Assembly: GCA_030141605.1 (NCBI GenBank)
Contig: JAQGDQ010000901.1
Location: 18,128 to 82,127, forward strand
Reading direction: 5' to 3'
Origin: Tubiluchus corallicola
Lineage: Eukaryota; Animalia; Priapulida
Length of the DNA stretch: 64,000 bases
The notes below the pieces were generated by a model that saw only the letters and a program-made list of their open reading frames with translations, ran no database searches and was not told the origin of the DNA. Both the position numbers and the translations under genes were made by a program. Below, piece after piece: positions 49,440 through 60,691 of this stretch (position 1 is the stretch's first letter; each line of letters begins with the position of its first letter).

Positions 49440-50559
49440 TCTGCTATCAGCACAAAAACTTCCTCAGATTTGTAAATCTAGTAGAAAAACACTGACATCA
49501 ACATCATGAACAAGTTAGTTACTGACAGAAATATTATGTAGCTATATGATGGTACTCAGATGTATAGCCTATTTGTATTGCAGCAACAATAGGGACAGCC
49601 AGGTCATTTAGGTAACTGGTCTCGCTGTCATTATGGATACACGTAGGGCTAAACAAAGTCTGTTAACAAAATAAGAAATTCAAGGCAAAATGACAACAAG
49701 GAAACATGATGCTCCATGAATGGGACAAAAATACTTATGAGCTCCAGAAGGTATTTTCAACAATGTTCTAACCAATACATTCCATGCAATATCAATCAAC
49801 AAGACAACATCACCATTTAGTTTCCATATCTGATAGTGATAGTGATAGCTGTACAAAATGGTTGACGACTTGATTTAAAAATTTTGACTAGGAATAGTTA
49901 TGACTATTAAGGCTTCAATCGAATGACTGCCAAAACCAAATATTGGTGCAACAAAACAGAGTGACAAACAGTTTCACTGCATAGCCAATAAGCTTCTTCC
50001 AGCTAAAGGTGTTAGCCATCTATATAGCTGCAGTAATAGTGGAAGATAAAGTTAAAAACTGAAAACAGTCAAACAGGCAACGTGAGTGACCACTTAGCCA
50101 TTGTCTTTATCATTTTGAAACATCAAAATGTGTGTTTTGTTTGAGACAGCATGACTGCCAAGCTAACAATTAATTACAATGCAAAAAGTGACTCAAAAGT
50201 AGAATTAATATCTGCAACAATGTGATAAACAGTTTTTACAATTTACAATTTATTTGTTCAGTTGGAATGATTATAGTCATAGACAGTTAATAATAATGAT
50301 TTAATTTGATAGGACGGCATGTATAATAATGAATGGCAAGAACCAGAAGTAAAAACTTGTTGGGTGCTTAGTAAACACATCCAAATAATATGTGAAAAAA
50401 CAACAAAAAATGAGCATTTTAGACAATTTAAAAGGGAAAAGTTGTGCAAAACAAGGATAGAAGTGATGAATAAAAGAATGTTCAAAAGGATGAGTGGCTT
50501 GTGAAGATTAAGCTCAATGAGATGACGAAGCACTCTGGACACTACTCAAAAAAGAACAA

Positions 50560-50760
50560 TAAGGTTATGACTCGTAAGACACACAGGAACAATAGGTAGT
50601 TATCGAGACTAACTTAAGCACCAAGCAGATATCGTTTAACTGACAATTTAAAGTGGTACATGTTACTCTGGCACTTTACATTGGATGGTAATGAGTTCCA
50701 AAGTTTAGGTCCTCTATAGCTAATGGAATGTTTTGCAATATTGGTTATGCAGTAACTGAG
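50560..50760 (-). mobile_element. Decayed 3' end of a LINE ORF2
   Basis: Minus-strand peptide YRGPKLWNSLPS, typical of the C-terminus of CR1/L2-group ORF2. Confidence 0.55.
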
Positions 50761-50875
50761 TTGGTAATCATTATATCGAGTTTCATTGCATCGAGTTGCA
50801 GGTTAACTAATGAATTAACAGATGCAATCCAATGGATTATGGACCACACGGGCAATCATGCATCAGCAACAATAT

Positions 50876-51259
50876 TAGGGGTTAGCATCGAATGTTTGAA
50901 TTCGATTCGAACGAATTTTTTTAATTCGAATTCGATTCAAACCCAAAACTATAGATTCGAATAATTCAGCACTTCAATCACATACGTTCTTTATCATTAA
51001 AATGATTGAAGCATCGTGCAATTAGCACAATTTAGCTGCCATTTCCATGCAAAATTTTAAACAAATTATTAGTGGTTTTACTGCAGAAAAAATCGAGTAA
51101 TATGCATGATCTTTGTAAGAGTAATTTTTACTGGTGGTTCGAAAACTTGTTTGAAAATCTTTCAATCTCAATTAGAATTCGAAATACTCAAGTTCGGTTC
51201 GATTCGAAAGTCACAAATTCGATTCGAATTCGCTTTCTGGTAGAGAATGCTCACCCCTA
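50876..51259. mobile_element. hAT-like MITE rich in TTCGAA/TTCGAT subterminal repeats
   Basis: TIRs TAGGGGTTAGCAT...ATGCTCACCCCTA; flanks AACAATAT/AATAATAC (decayed 8-bp TSD, 6/8 match). Confidence 0.75.
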
Positions 51260-52148
51260 AATAATACTCTCAAGTTCATATAAATAATATCTATGACTTT
51301 GCAATGATCTAGCAATGACAATAATTACCATGGCCTATGACTCCCTCTTTCTAGAAATACCTAGCAAGTCTACTTCAGATAGTTTTGAGAACAACTGTCT
51401 TCACTTGCTAAGAAGCAACGGGTTGATGAATTACCTTAAAATTCGGAATGAATACACTTTAAAAGGTGGTTTACTACTTAGTAAAAGAAATAAATAAATA
51501 TTTAAAATAGTTTATAAATTAATGTACTTATTGCGTTGCACTGAAGAATCATAATGCTGACCGAGCATATTGCTTGTTTTCAAAAAGCGGGAACTTGCTG
51601 CTGTGTTCAAGCAAGACCCAGTTGTCAGTTAAACTACTGCTTAACCTTTCGGATACACAGGAGCAGCATAAACTGCCACAGTTACAGCGTCACATAATTC
51701 ACATTACTCAATTGCGCATAGAGGGTTGAACATTCCACCTAGCTGTTCACCTGTATAGCTGCTATAGCAGTCCATGATTGTATGTGGCACTTAGCTGAAA
51801 GGGATTCCTGTAGACTATTAGGTTTTTTAATCTGTCAATCTCGCTTAATAAGCTTTGCAACATCAAATCATTAATATTTTGGTGATAAGATGTAACATGG
51901 TACTATGAATGCTTTGAAATCAATAACTCTATAATCCAGTACCAGGTGAACAAATTTTGCCCAAAAATAGACTTGCTAGTTTTTTTGGGAAAACATGAGT
52001 ATAGTTTCAAAAATCATCCAAAATGTATATAAACTGCGGTAGTGTGCAGTCCATGCATGCCTTTTAATTCCGAAAATAAAAAGTAACAAGCACCGTCGGT
52101 AGGCTATAGGATTTGTGAAACCATTACACTACGTAAGAGATGCAGCTG

Positions 52149-53456
52149 CATGCATTCACGGTATTTTCCAACGTGAAAATGCACTCATTACAATTTAGAC
52201 AGGGTGCTTGAAGGCGTGGCTTAATCGAAACTTGTCCAATCACCCAATGACGATAAGCGACTGCATTGTTTTTTATCACAAGGCTGTCTGTGAGAGATAT
52301 GCCGCCATTCATTTAACTTGGGTTTTTGCTGCTCAGCTGCAAATGAATGTCTACGTGCATCACGTGGTTTGTTTGAGCCATTATTTAATATGTACTATTG
52401 TAATGGGTCAAGTTCTGTAGCTGTTGCAGAGTGTTAGATCATAGTTGACGTGGTGTTTACATGTTTTACTACTGTAGAGTTTAGCTGTTTCATTGCTTAA
52501 TTTCAGTTTTCAGCACATCAGTATTTTTGTTGCTTTAGTACAGTTATCCAATCATAGGACTTTAGTGTAGTGTCAATGCAGTAGTTGGACTTCAATGTGA
52601 GAGAAGTGCATGTGTGGTAAGCTTTTCTTTTGCATCGTTTCTAAATTAACTCAATGTCTTAATTAGCTAGGAAGTAAGGGTTGGCTTGAAAACAAAGAAC
52701 GACTTTGGTATAAGCAATAGGCTGTATCATTGAAATTGAATTATACTACCTAATTGTAGCCTAGACCTGCGTCAGTTACAATAAATACCAGACATTACAA
52801 CTCTCTCTATTTGCAGTTTTTAATTGAGCTTTTAGTGATAACCTCACTTTCTCCCGATTTGCCGCCAAATGTTACCACAAGATAAACATAGCATAATATG
52901 TTATGTAAACACAGTGAGATACAACTTCCCTTCCTTTTGCAGGAAATAGAATCACACATTGACGGTGATAGGCAACGCGAAAAAAAATTGTCTGGGAACA
53001 CAGCAAGTAGAACCTAGGTGCATCCTAATTCAACACAGCAGATTAAAAACAACATTCTGTGATTCATGTAAAGTTTTTGACATATAAAGCCACTAAATTT
53101 AGGAAATTTCACCAAATTTATGACTCCAAGTTAATTACCAATATGGCAAGACCCTGACAAACTGATAAAAGAAATGAGTTTTAATACATTTATATGCAAC
53201 CAAATTTTAGGTATGTTATGAATTACGAGTAAAATTTTGATTGAAAGGTTTACAGCAGTCTTTTTTCTCAGGTAAACGTATTTGCACAATAGAATAAAAA
53301 CCATAAAAGATTTTCTAAATTTTCTTTCCAAATTTAGAGTTTAGTTTGGCTGTATTACTTTGCATTTCAACATTACCAATCAATCAATTTTGTGTGATTT
53401 TTTGGGCTTTCTATGACTAAGTCGGCGAATTTATATGAACAAATTGCAGACCCTCT
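52149..53456 (+). repeat. Dispersed ~1.3-1.5 kb repeat, copy 2
   Basis: Colinear with 17225-18740; ends ...ATGAACAAATTGCAGACCCTCTG. Confidence 0.8.
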
Positions 53457-54631
53457 GCACGCCAAAGATAAACTGTGAAAGTGCTCTTGAAAGTAATTTC
53501 ATCTAAACATATAATCAGTGAAGAATAAAGTTATTAAAAATAACTTTTATTATGTTGCAAACATAACCTAAAAGGCACCGCAATAACGTAATGCATTTTA
53601 GTCTAGTAATCCTCGTAATAAAGCTAAAGCAATAAGCCGCAAAACCTACAGTACAGAATACACGTAAAAGAATAAATCGATTATTCATAACTTATTACTT
53701 TTGCAAAATTACGGAAAATAGTAGCACAATTGCACAAAACACTTGTGGGTACTTTGCAGTTGAACTGTAGCGAATACTACAATTAATTTTTGCTGCCTAA
53801 GTGGCTGTGCGAAAATTACTGCAATTTCTGTGACAAAACTACAGCACACTCCAAGTCAAACGAGAAACTGAAGATGCTGCTGTACGGTTTATATTGTTTA
53901 CATGTACGTGGCGCCATCTATAATGCAATTTTTAAAGCGACTGAGTTTTGATAAGATCAGAACCGTTCAAATTGAAAAAGTTATATTAGCTAATCATATT
54001 TATTTGTAAGATTTTATTGTATATGTACAATTGTATATTTGGATTGAATAAATCTAATCTAAACCTAAACGTTGGAAAACCTACTCATAGAGTGGACTGC
54101 TGATATCTACTGTATCTAGCCGTCTAAATCTGTAATGTTCACTGTTCCAATTAAATACGTTAGCTTGCAGGCGTTTGTGCAATGCAATATAGACTTACTT
54201 TATAAAAATTAATTAAAATAATTTAAAACTCTTTAATGCTTTCTCACTTTACTTCAAAAAACATGAAAGTTCGGTGTCTCTTATTCTTCATAAGCAAGTT
54301 TACAACTCGCGCAAATACTGTTTAACTTTACTAACAAAAAGCAATGCAAAATGTGGTGCACTAAACAGCACTTGAAAGTGTCACTGTAAATAGATACACT
54401 TGGCTTTTGTATCTGAAGGCTTTAGATAAAAAATGGCAAACAATTTATTATTACTTAATAGCATTATATTATTGAAAAGCAGTACAAAACTGTGTTTCTG
54501 TGCAAATAAATATTGTCAATAAGCATATAAGAGAGGCAATGCAGTTTATCACACAGGTACAGCTGACATGATTATAAACACTATGTATATAGACATATTA
54601 CGTATGCAAGAAAGACAAGTTTAACTAAAAT

Positions 54632-56866
54632 TCATGCTGTTACAATTTGTTTCTTGTGAGAATGATGGTGAAACACGAACGTGATTGCACCTGATTCCCA
54701 ACATGATTTCAGAACCTGGTCCACTAAACCTTTTTTGTCAGCACAATGAAACCATTGTGACAAATCATTACTACAATCACTATCTTCTGGTGGAGCACGC
54801 ACCTGTATGTTACTGACACATCGACGACACTTAAACTTGTCATGTGTATCGCTCTTCGTATCTTGGTTTAGCTTGAAAAGCTCTCGCAGTTCCGTCAGGC
54901 TGAAATGTCGCTCGACATCCTCGGCAGCATCGACTACACAACTGCTTAATGCTTTCTTGTGCGCTTGCCGCTGGAATATCTTCTCTTCTATAGAACCTGT
55001 AGCAAGTAGTCTGTAAATGTAGCATTGCTTTTTCTGTCCGTCACGCCACACCCTGGCCATTGCTTGCTCGTCATTGGCGGGGTTCCAGTCGGGATCAAAC
55101 ATAACAAGCCGATTGGCTCCAATAAGGTTTAGTCCACATCCACCTGCCTTGCTGCTAAGCATAAATATAAAATCTGAGCTGGAAGGGTCATTGAACTGCT
55201 GAACAACTTTTGCTCTCTTTTTGACGGTCATCGTGCCGTCGAGTCTGACATAGTCGTACCGCCTTATTCGGCACAATTTCTCAAACAAATCCAATGTTTG
55301 GGTGTAATTTGATACTAACACCACTTTGTCGCTAGTTGTTGCTTTAACATAAGCCAAAATGCAGTCCAAAACTAACATTTTTCCTGAAAGCTCAGGTTTC
55401 AAATGCTTGTTGTCGGATGGAAACAAACGAAGTAAACTGGAATAACCATCTTCTCCAGTAACGCATTTGTCATAAATTAGGTGTGGATGATTACAGACTT
55501 TCTTCAGCTGCGTAATGGAGGAAAGTGAACTGAAATTAATTTTATCACTAGAAGATGCTTGAAATTTTGACACGCAGAAGCCAACCATTTGTTGGTACAG
55601 TTCAATCTGCAAAGGAGTCAATTGACAACACACAACCTGTTCTATTTTCACTGGTAAATATTTTGTTAGCAGTGACTGAGTTCTGCGTATGATGCATTTG
55701 TTGACTATAGATAGCAACTCTTTGAGTTTTTCTTGACTACACAATTTGTCCTTTTCAGTTGCACTGGCATCACGACCTCGAAGAATTGGCGTTTCAAATT
55801 TACGCTTGAACTCCTGTGCAGTTCCCAAAATGCCAGAGTTCACAAAATGCACAAGGCTAAAATACTCCAATAAGTCATTCTGAATCGGAGTCCCAGAAAG
55901 TAAAATCCGCCGCTTACACTTCAATCCAGTTAAAGCTGTATAGGTCTGATTTTCGGAATTCTTTAATCTATGGCCCTCGTCACAAATGACTAACCCCACA
56001 GAACTCTTGTGAAGAACAGGCGTGTGAAGACGAAATGTCTCATAAGAAATAATAAGAATCGGAGTTGGACTACGTCGCCCCTGTTGTGCCATAAACTGTA
56101 GCAGTTGCTTATCAATTTCTGCTTTGCTACCCGAGTCTATGCAGAGTGCACAGATTCTATTGCCAAGCCATTTGTTAATCTCATTGTACCAGTTTTTTAC
56201 CAGACTACTGGGTGAGACAATGACCACCTTATCTATCATTTGTTTCACCTCGGGACTCTGCCTCAACAACGTCCACATCAAAGTTATGCACTGCAATGTT
56301 TTACCAAGTCCCATCTCGTCAGCCATGATGCAACCAAATGACTCTGGTATTTGGACTCCTGTGACACAATCATACATAAACTTAACACCTTCCCGTTGGT
56401 GAGGCCGAAGGATTTTGGTGAGTATAGGATCCACAACAACATGTACCGGTTGCTTTTGTAAATCACTTTTCAGCATATCATGTGCTTTCAGTTCAGGAGG
56501 AGAGTACAGAACAAGCGCTTCCTCCTCGTATGGATCATGCAGTGCACAACTTGCGCCTTGTCGCCGCATTCCCAATGCTTTGTTAAAGGCTGAAGAGCCT
56601 TTATAGTTTGGAATAGGAACTTTAAATGGTTTGGATAATAATTTCTTAATCAACTGTTCATGAGCGGAAAGACCATCGCCTTGCAAGCTGCTATGTGATT
56701 GATTAGAGATAGGAAAGAGTGGCTGTCGATAAGGCGAAACAACACGGACGCAGTTTGGGAGTCCTTTTCTCTTTTTAGAACACAGCTCCTGGTCTGGTCC
56801 ATATTCACTGTCATCTGACTGGGCTCTCCTTTTTGCTAAGGAACTTGGTGCTAAACTTCGTCTCAT
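54632..56866 (-). CDS. RAD54L: DNA repair and recombination protein RAD54-like (SNF2-family ATPase), 744 aa, intronless CDS
   Basis: Conserved start MRRSLAPS. Rad54_N motifs [13 protein letters not shown] and ALHDP. Helicase motifs [56 protein letters not shown]. Acceptor at ~56946 in the 5' UTR. Confidence 0.96.
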   Translation of the reverse strand: MRRSLAPSSLAKRRAQSDDSEYGPDQELCSKKRKGLPNCVRVVSPYRQPLFPISNQSHSSLQGDGLSAHEQLIKKLLSKPFKVPIPNYKGSSAFNKALGMRRQGASCALHDPYEEEALVLYSPPELKAHDMLKSDLQKQPVHVVVDPILTKILRPHQREGVKFMYDCVTGVQIPESFGCIMADEMGLGKTLQCITLMWTLLRQSPEVKQMIDKVVIVSPSSLVKNWYNEINKWLGNRICALCIDSGSKAEIDKQLLQFMAQQGRRSPTPILIISYETFRLHTPVLHKSSVGLVICDEGHRLKNSENQTYTALTGLKCKRRILLSGTPIQNDLLEYFSLVHFVNSGILGTAQEFKRKFETPILRGRDASATEKDKLCSQEKLKELLSIVNKCIIRRTQSLLTKYLPVKIEQVVCCQLTPLQIELYQQMVGFCVSKFQASSSDKINFSSLSSITQLKKVCNHPHLIYDKCVTGEDGYSSLLRLFPSDNKHLKPELSGKMLVLDCILAYVKATTSDKVVLVSNYTQTLDLFEKLCRIRRYDYVRLDGTMTVKKRAKVVQQFNDPSSSDFIFMLSSKAGGCGLNLIGANRLVMFDPDWNPANDEQAMARVWRDGQKKQCYIYRLLATGSIEEKIFQRQAHKKALSSCVVDAAEDVERHFSLTELRELFKLNQDTKSDTHDKFKCRRCVSNIQVRAPPEDSDCSNDLSQWFHCADKKGLVDQVLKSCWESGAITFVFHHHSHKKQIVTA

Positions 56867-57957
56867 GATGATACAGTGGTAAGGACAGAACTGGATGTTA
56901 AATTCAAGTATCCAAGAAAACACAGGCAAGCAACAGTATCATCACCTAGGAATATAAAACAACGTAAATCTATATTATTTAAGAAAAAAAAGCGGAAGCA
57001 TCAAACAAGGTTAAGGTCAACTACAAGACTGCTGTTCTGACAATCACAAAATAATTTGGAATTTGCTGAGAAATGCAGGTTACAAGATGAATACCCTCGC
57101 AGTAAATATTGAGCGAAACAAACTTTTTTGTCACTTCCAATCACTAGCAAACCTGGTAACAGCTCATCAAGTTTTAAGTTTTGGCAATAATTTTGTGGAT
57201 ACAGTTAACCGTTTTCTGCATAGCCATGATTCCGATGCACAATGTCATGTTATAAATGGTAACTTTAATGCCATTGTACCAAAGCAGTTAATTGTAGACA
57301 CTCGACCATGATTATGGAATACTTTAACTAATGATATTAAAACTTTCAAGATCAATATTCATCTTTAAAAGAAAATTTAAATAAAACATCTACAAAAACT
57401 ACACTGTTTACTAGTTTGCATACACTTTTATTTGCATTTGATGAGGCACTCGTTGGCTCACTTCCCTCTGATTACCTGTCTTAATGTTTGACAGATTGTA
57501 ATACGGTACCTTCCTTCACATTTTATTCTGTCCCTATATATCTCTATCTATATCTTTGCTCACATCTATTATGTTTCCACAAGTTTTCTTCTGCAAGATC
57601 ACTCATACCGGTCACAATAATTATAATGCTTTTATGAAAATAAACTATTTTCTAAAACAGCATTTTAATAATTTTTACAGCAGCAGACTAAATTAAACTA
57701 AAACAGATATATCAGCTTGAGATGGTAACGTTACAGCTTACTCCAAAAGGGAAGCCAACATTAACTGGCGATTAACAATAAATAGGAATACTTATATCAC
57801 GTTTGGGATGTAACCAGTTGATATCATACAGGGGAGTGCTGGCACACTTGAAGCCATGCTGCTCTTACACTTCCTTTTCCTTTCTCTGCATATCAGGACT
57901 GCTTTATACTAGTAATATTACTTCCCAAGCATTTCCTATTTACATACAAGCTTTATA

Positions 57958-58750
57958 AGTAATGTAATGTAATTTATTTGTCTCGCAAATTTTTACAAAA
58001 TGAAGATAAACAAAAGCAAAAAAATTATAATGAAGATGCAATAGACGGGTGGTAAAAAAGACCAATGCTCACCAGGTCAGACACCCCTATCCAAATTTAA
58101 AAAAATAAGTGACCTATCAAGTGGGTATACAAAAATGATAATAATCAAAAGTTTGAAAACAAAAAATAAAATAAAAATAACATTACAAAAAGTTGAGATA
58201 ACAAGTTCAAATGAAATCGCAAACAGTAAATAAATATGGCAAATGAGATGAGACAAAATTTAAACTAACAAACAAATTAAAAATTTGGATTTAAGTCAAG
58301 AAACTCAATCCAATAGAAGAACCAAAGAAAAAAGAATGAAGCTATGTGAAATCATGAAAATTGTAAATCATCACTATTTCAACTACTCCTATACAGAATT
58401 AAAAAGAATCATATGGCCTGACAAGTATAGATAAGTAAATAATAATAATAAACATTTTGAAAATAAAAAGATAGATAATTCAAGTGGCAATAATAAATAA
58501 ATATGGCAAATGAGTGAAGCAATATTCAAATTAACAAATAAAAGAAGAATTTAAATTTAAATCAGGAGACTCAATCCTATTCAACCAAACAAAACAAAAA
58601 TTTAAATTTAAATCAAGAAACTCAATCCAGTAGAAGAATCAAAGACAAAACAATGAAGCAATGTCAAAGCATGAAAAATTGTAAATCATCGGCAGGTCAA
58701 TCACCACTATCCAAAATTAGAGAAAATTATATGATATGTTCTTATACTGG
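57958..58750 (-). mobile_element. Probable LINE 3'-end/3'UTR remnant with short tandem tail and internal duplication
   Basis: Minus strand ends AATAAATTACATTACATT. Block ~58228-58372 is repeated at ~58495-58690. Confidence 0.45.
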
Positions 58751-58829
58751 ATTTTACTATACGCCCTGTATCTGTACCAGTACCTGTATTAGTGTATGAC
58801 ATACGTAATTTACATGGATCAATTTAATA

Positions 58830-59187
58830 AGTTAAAAACAACACAACTTTACTAAAACTTTTATTTTACAAAGTCAAAAAGTTAAAATCTTGCCAAACGT
58901 TTTGACAGACTAATCATCATCAGTGGTAAATTTACAAGTATACAATCAATTTACATAGGCAAAGCCTATTTTGTGGTAAACATACAACCAGTTTACATAT
59001 AGGCAAAACCTATTATGCACTAATCAAGTAGTTAACAGAAAATAGGCTTTGCCTATATAAATTGATTGTATACTTGTAAATTTACCACTGATGTCAGTGA
59101 TGATGACAGTAATAGTCTGTCAAAACGTTTGGCAAGATTTTAACTTTGCAAAGTAAAAATTTTAATAAAGTTATGTTGTCTTTAACT
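58830..59187. mobile_element. Inverted repeat (~140-bp arms) resembling Penelope-like pseudo-LTRs with hammerhead-like cores
   Basis: Arms 58830-58971 and 59039-59187 are reverse complements. Each reads outward as CCA-CTGATG...TGA..CTGTC-AAAACG-TTTGG followed by an A-rich segment (AATAAAGTT in the right arm). Confidence 0.65.
58893..58926 (-). ncRNA. Minimal type-I hammerhead ribozyme-like motif (core GAAA appears as AAAA; probably inactive)
   Basis: Minus strand CCA-CTGATGA-TGATTAGTCTGTC-AAAA-CG-TT-TGG. A second, interrupted copy lies at 59085-59132 (+). Confidence 0.5.
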
Positions 59188-59778
59188 ATAAATGTTTTCA
59201 AGTGCCTGCAATAAAAATAAGTGTTTTAACTTGCTTGCGATGTCTATGACACCTAACCATAACACGGTTAATGACGGTCTCTCCTCAACAATTTGCGAAA
59301 TTGCGGCAGGAATTTACTTTAGCATCTTCAGCAGAATTCATAGCAGTTAAAAAGTATTTCAAAACACACATACACCTAACGCAAGAAAGTGCAGTATTTC
59401 ATAAAAAGCAAATTCACAAAAAAGTTACCAGAAAATTAGAAAAATTTAATAATTTTACGTCTTGTAAATTACAAAACGTAATTTAGGGAAGGGTGGCGCT
59501 GCTGCAGTTCATGGCGCACGTAAATTTGATAGTCTCTCGTACGTTTTTGAACAAAAGTAGATTTTATATTCTGACAAAATAATTTTGGACCTCGTATGCA
59601 GTTGACATTTATAGTGTTAGATCGTCTGTGCACTGGCAAGCTGTTCATTTTACCGGCAGTCTGTATAATTTTGACAAATTGATGGTATTGCGGAGACTTC
59701 GTTCAATTTTTCCCGCCATTTGGAGCTTCACAAAGGAATTCGGTTACCGGTAAACACAGACATACACGAGCGTACAGA

Positions 59779-60654
59779 ATGACTTCGACAAGCGATCACA
59801 ACATTACCCTGGATGAGTTTCGACTGTTAAACCCAAAACAAAGAGAAAAAGTCAATAAAAGTGAATTACTGAGGCTACTATCAGAATCAGAAATGACACC
59901 GCAAGCAGAGTCAGGTCTCGAGGACAGCAGTAAAGGCACTGAACTAGAAAGTCAAGCAGCTATGGAAGCAAGGATTATTCAACAGGTTAGATTATTAATT
60001 TTTCCATTATCCAAGGAAATCTCTGAACTGAAGCAGCTCACAGATCAAGTTAAATCTAGCCATGACTTTATAAGCAGCAAATTTGACCAATTTAAAATGG
60101 AGACAGATGCTTTAAAAAAGACCACCAATGATCTTACTAAAAAATTAAACGAGCTAGAGAGAAAGCAGGATGATTTAGACCAGTATGGGCGACGGGACAC
60201 CCTCATTATCTCCGGTATACCCCAAGCTAGTGATTATGAAAATACTGACGAAATTGTTTGTCAAGTAGGTCAAGCCCTCAAGGTGAACATCTGTAAAGAG
60301 GACATCTCGATCTCCCATCGATTGCCACGAAAAGAAAGTGCTACAAGACCACCTCAGATTATTGTGAAATTTATAAAACGGAAAGTAAGAGACTGTTTGT
60401 GGCAAAACAAACCCAAGAGAAATGGATCTCTTAAGGCTAGTGATTTAGGGTATGTTTCACATAATCTTGTGTACATTAGTGAAAGTTTAACTAATCGTAG
60501 ACGTGTATTACTTAACAAATGTCTCGAACTAAAAAGAAACAAAGTAATCTTGTATGTTTGGACTAAAAATGGCCAGATTTTCATCAGGAAAACTGAATCA
60601 TCTGAACCCTTCCCTGTAAACAATTTTGATGATGTAGATAAATTAAAACACTAA
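59779..60654 (+). CDS. LINE ORF1 protein (coiled coil + RRM-like + FP-protein-C-like domain), 291 aa
   Basis: Heptad region followed by LDQYGRRDTLIISGIP, DISISHRLP, PPQIIVKF, VYISESLT, YVWTKNGQIFIRK. Confidence 0.88.
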   Translation: MTSTSDHNITLDEFRLLNPKQREKVNKSELLRLLSESEMTPQAESGLEDSSKGTELESQAAMEARIIQQVRLLIFPLSKEISELKQLTDQVKSSHDFISSKFDQFKMETDALKKTTNDLTKKLNELERKQDDLDQYGRRDTLIISGIPQASDYENTDEIVCQVGQALKVNICKEDISISHRLPRKESATRPPQIIVKFIKRKVRDCLWQNKPKRNGSLKASDLGYVSHNLVYISESLTNRRRVLLNKCLELKRNKVILYVWTKNGQIFIRKTESSEPFPVNNFDDVDKLKH

Positions 60655-60691
60655 TCCCTTCTTCACTCGTTTGAATCAATTTCTCATTGTA

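Noticed and set aside
56867-56929. 21-aa N-terminal extension of RAD54L in the ORF track
   Set aside because: Non-ATG start; the conserved N-terminus MRRSLAPS begins at 56866.
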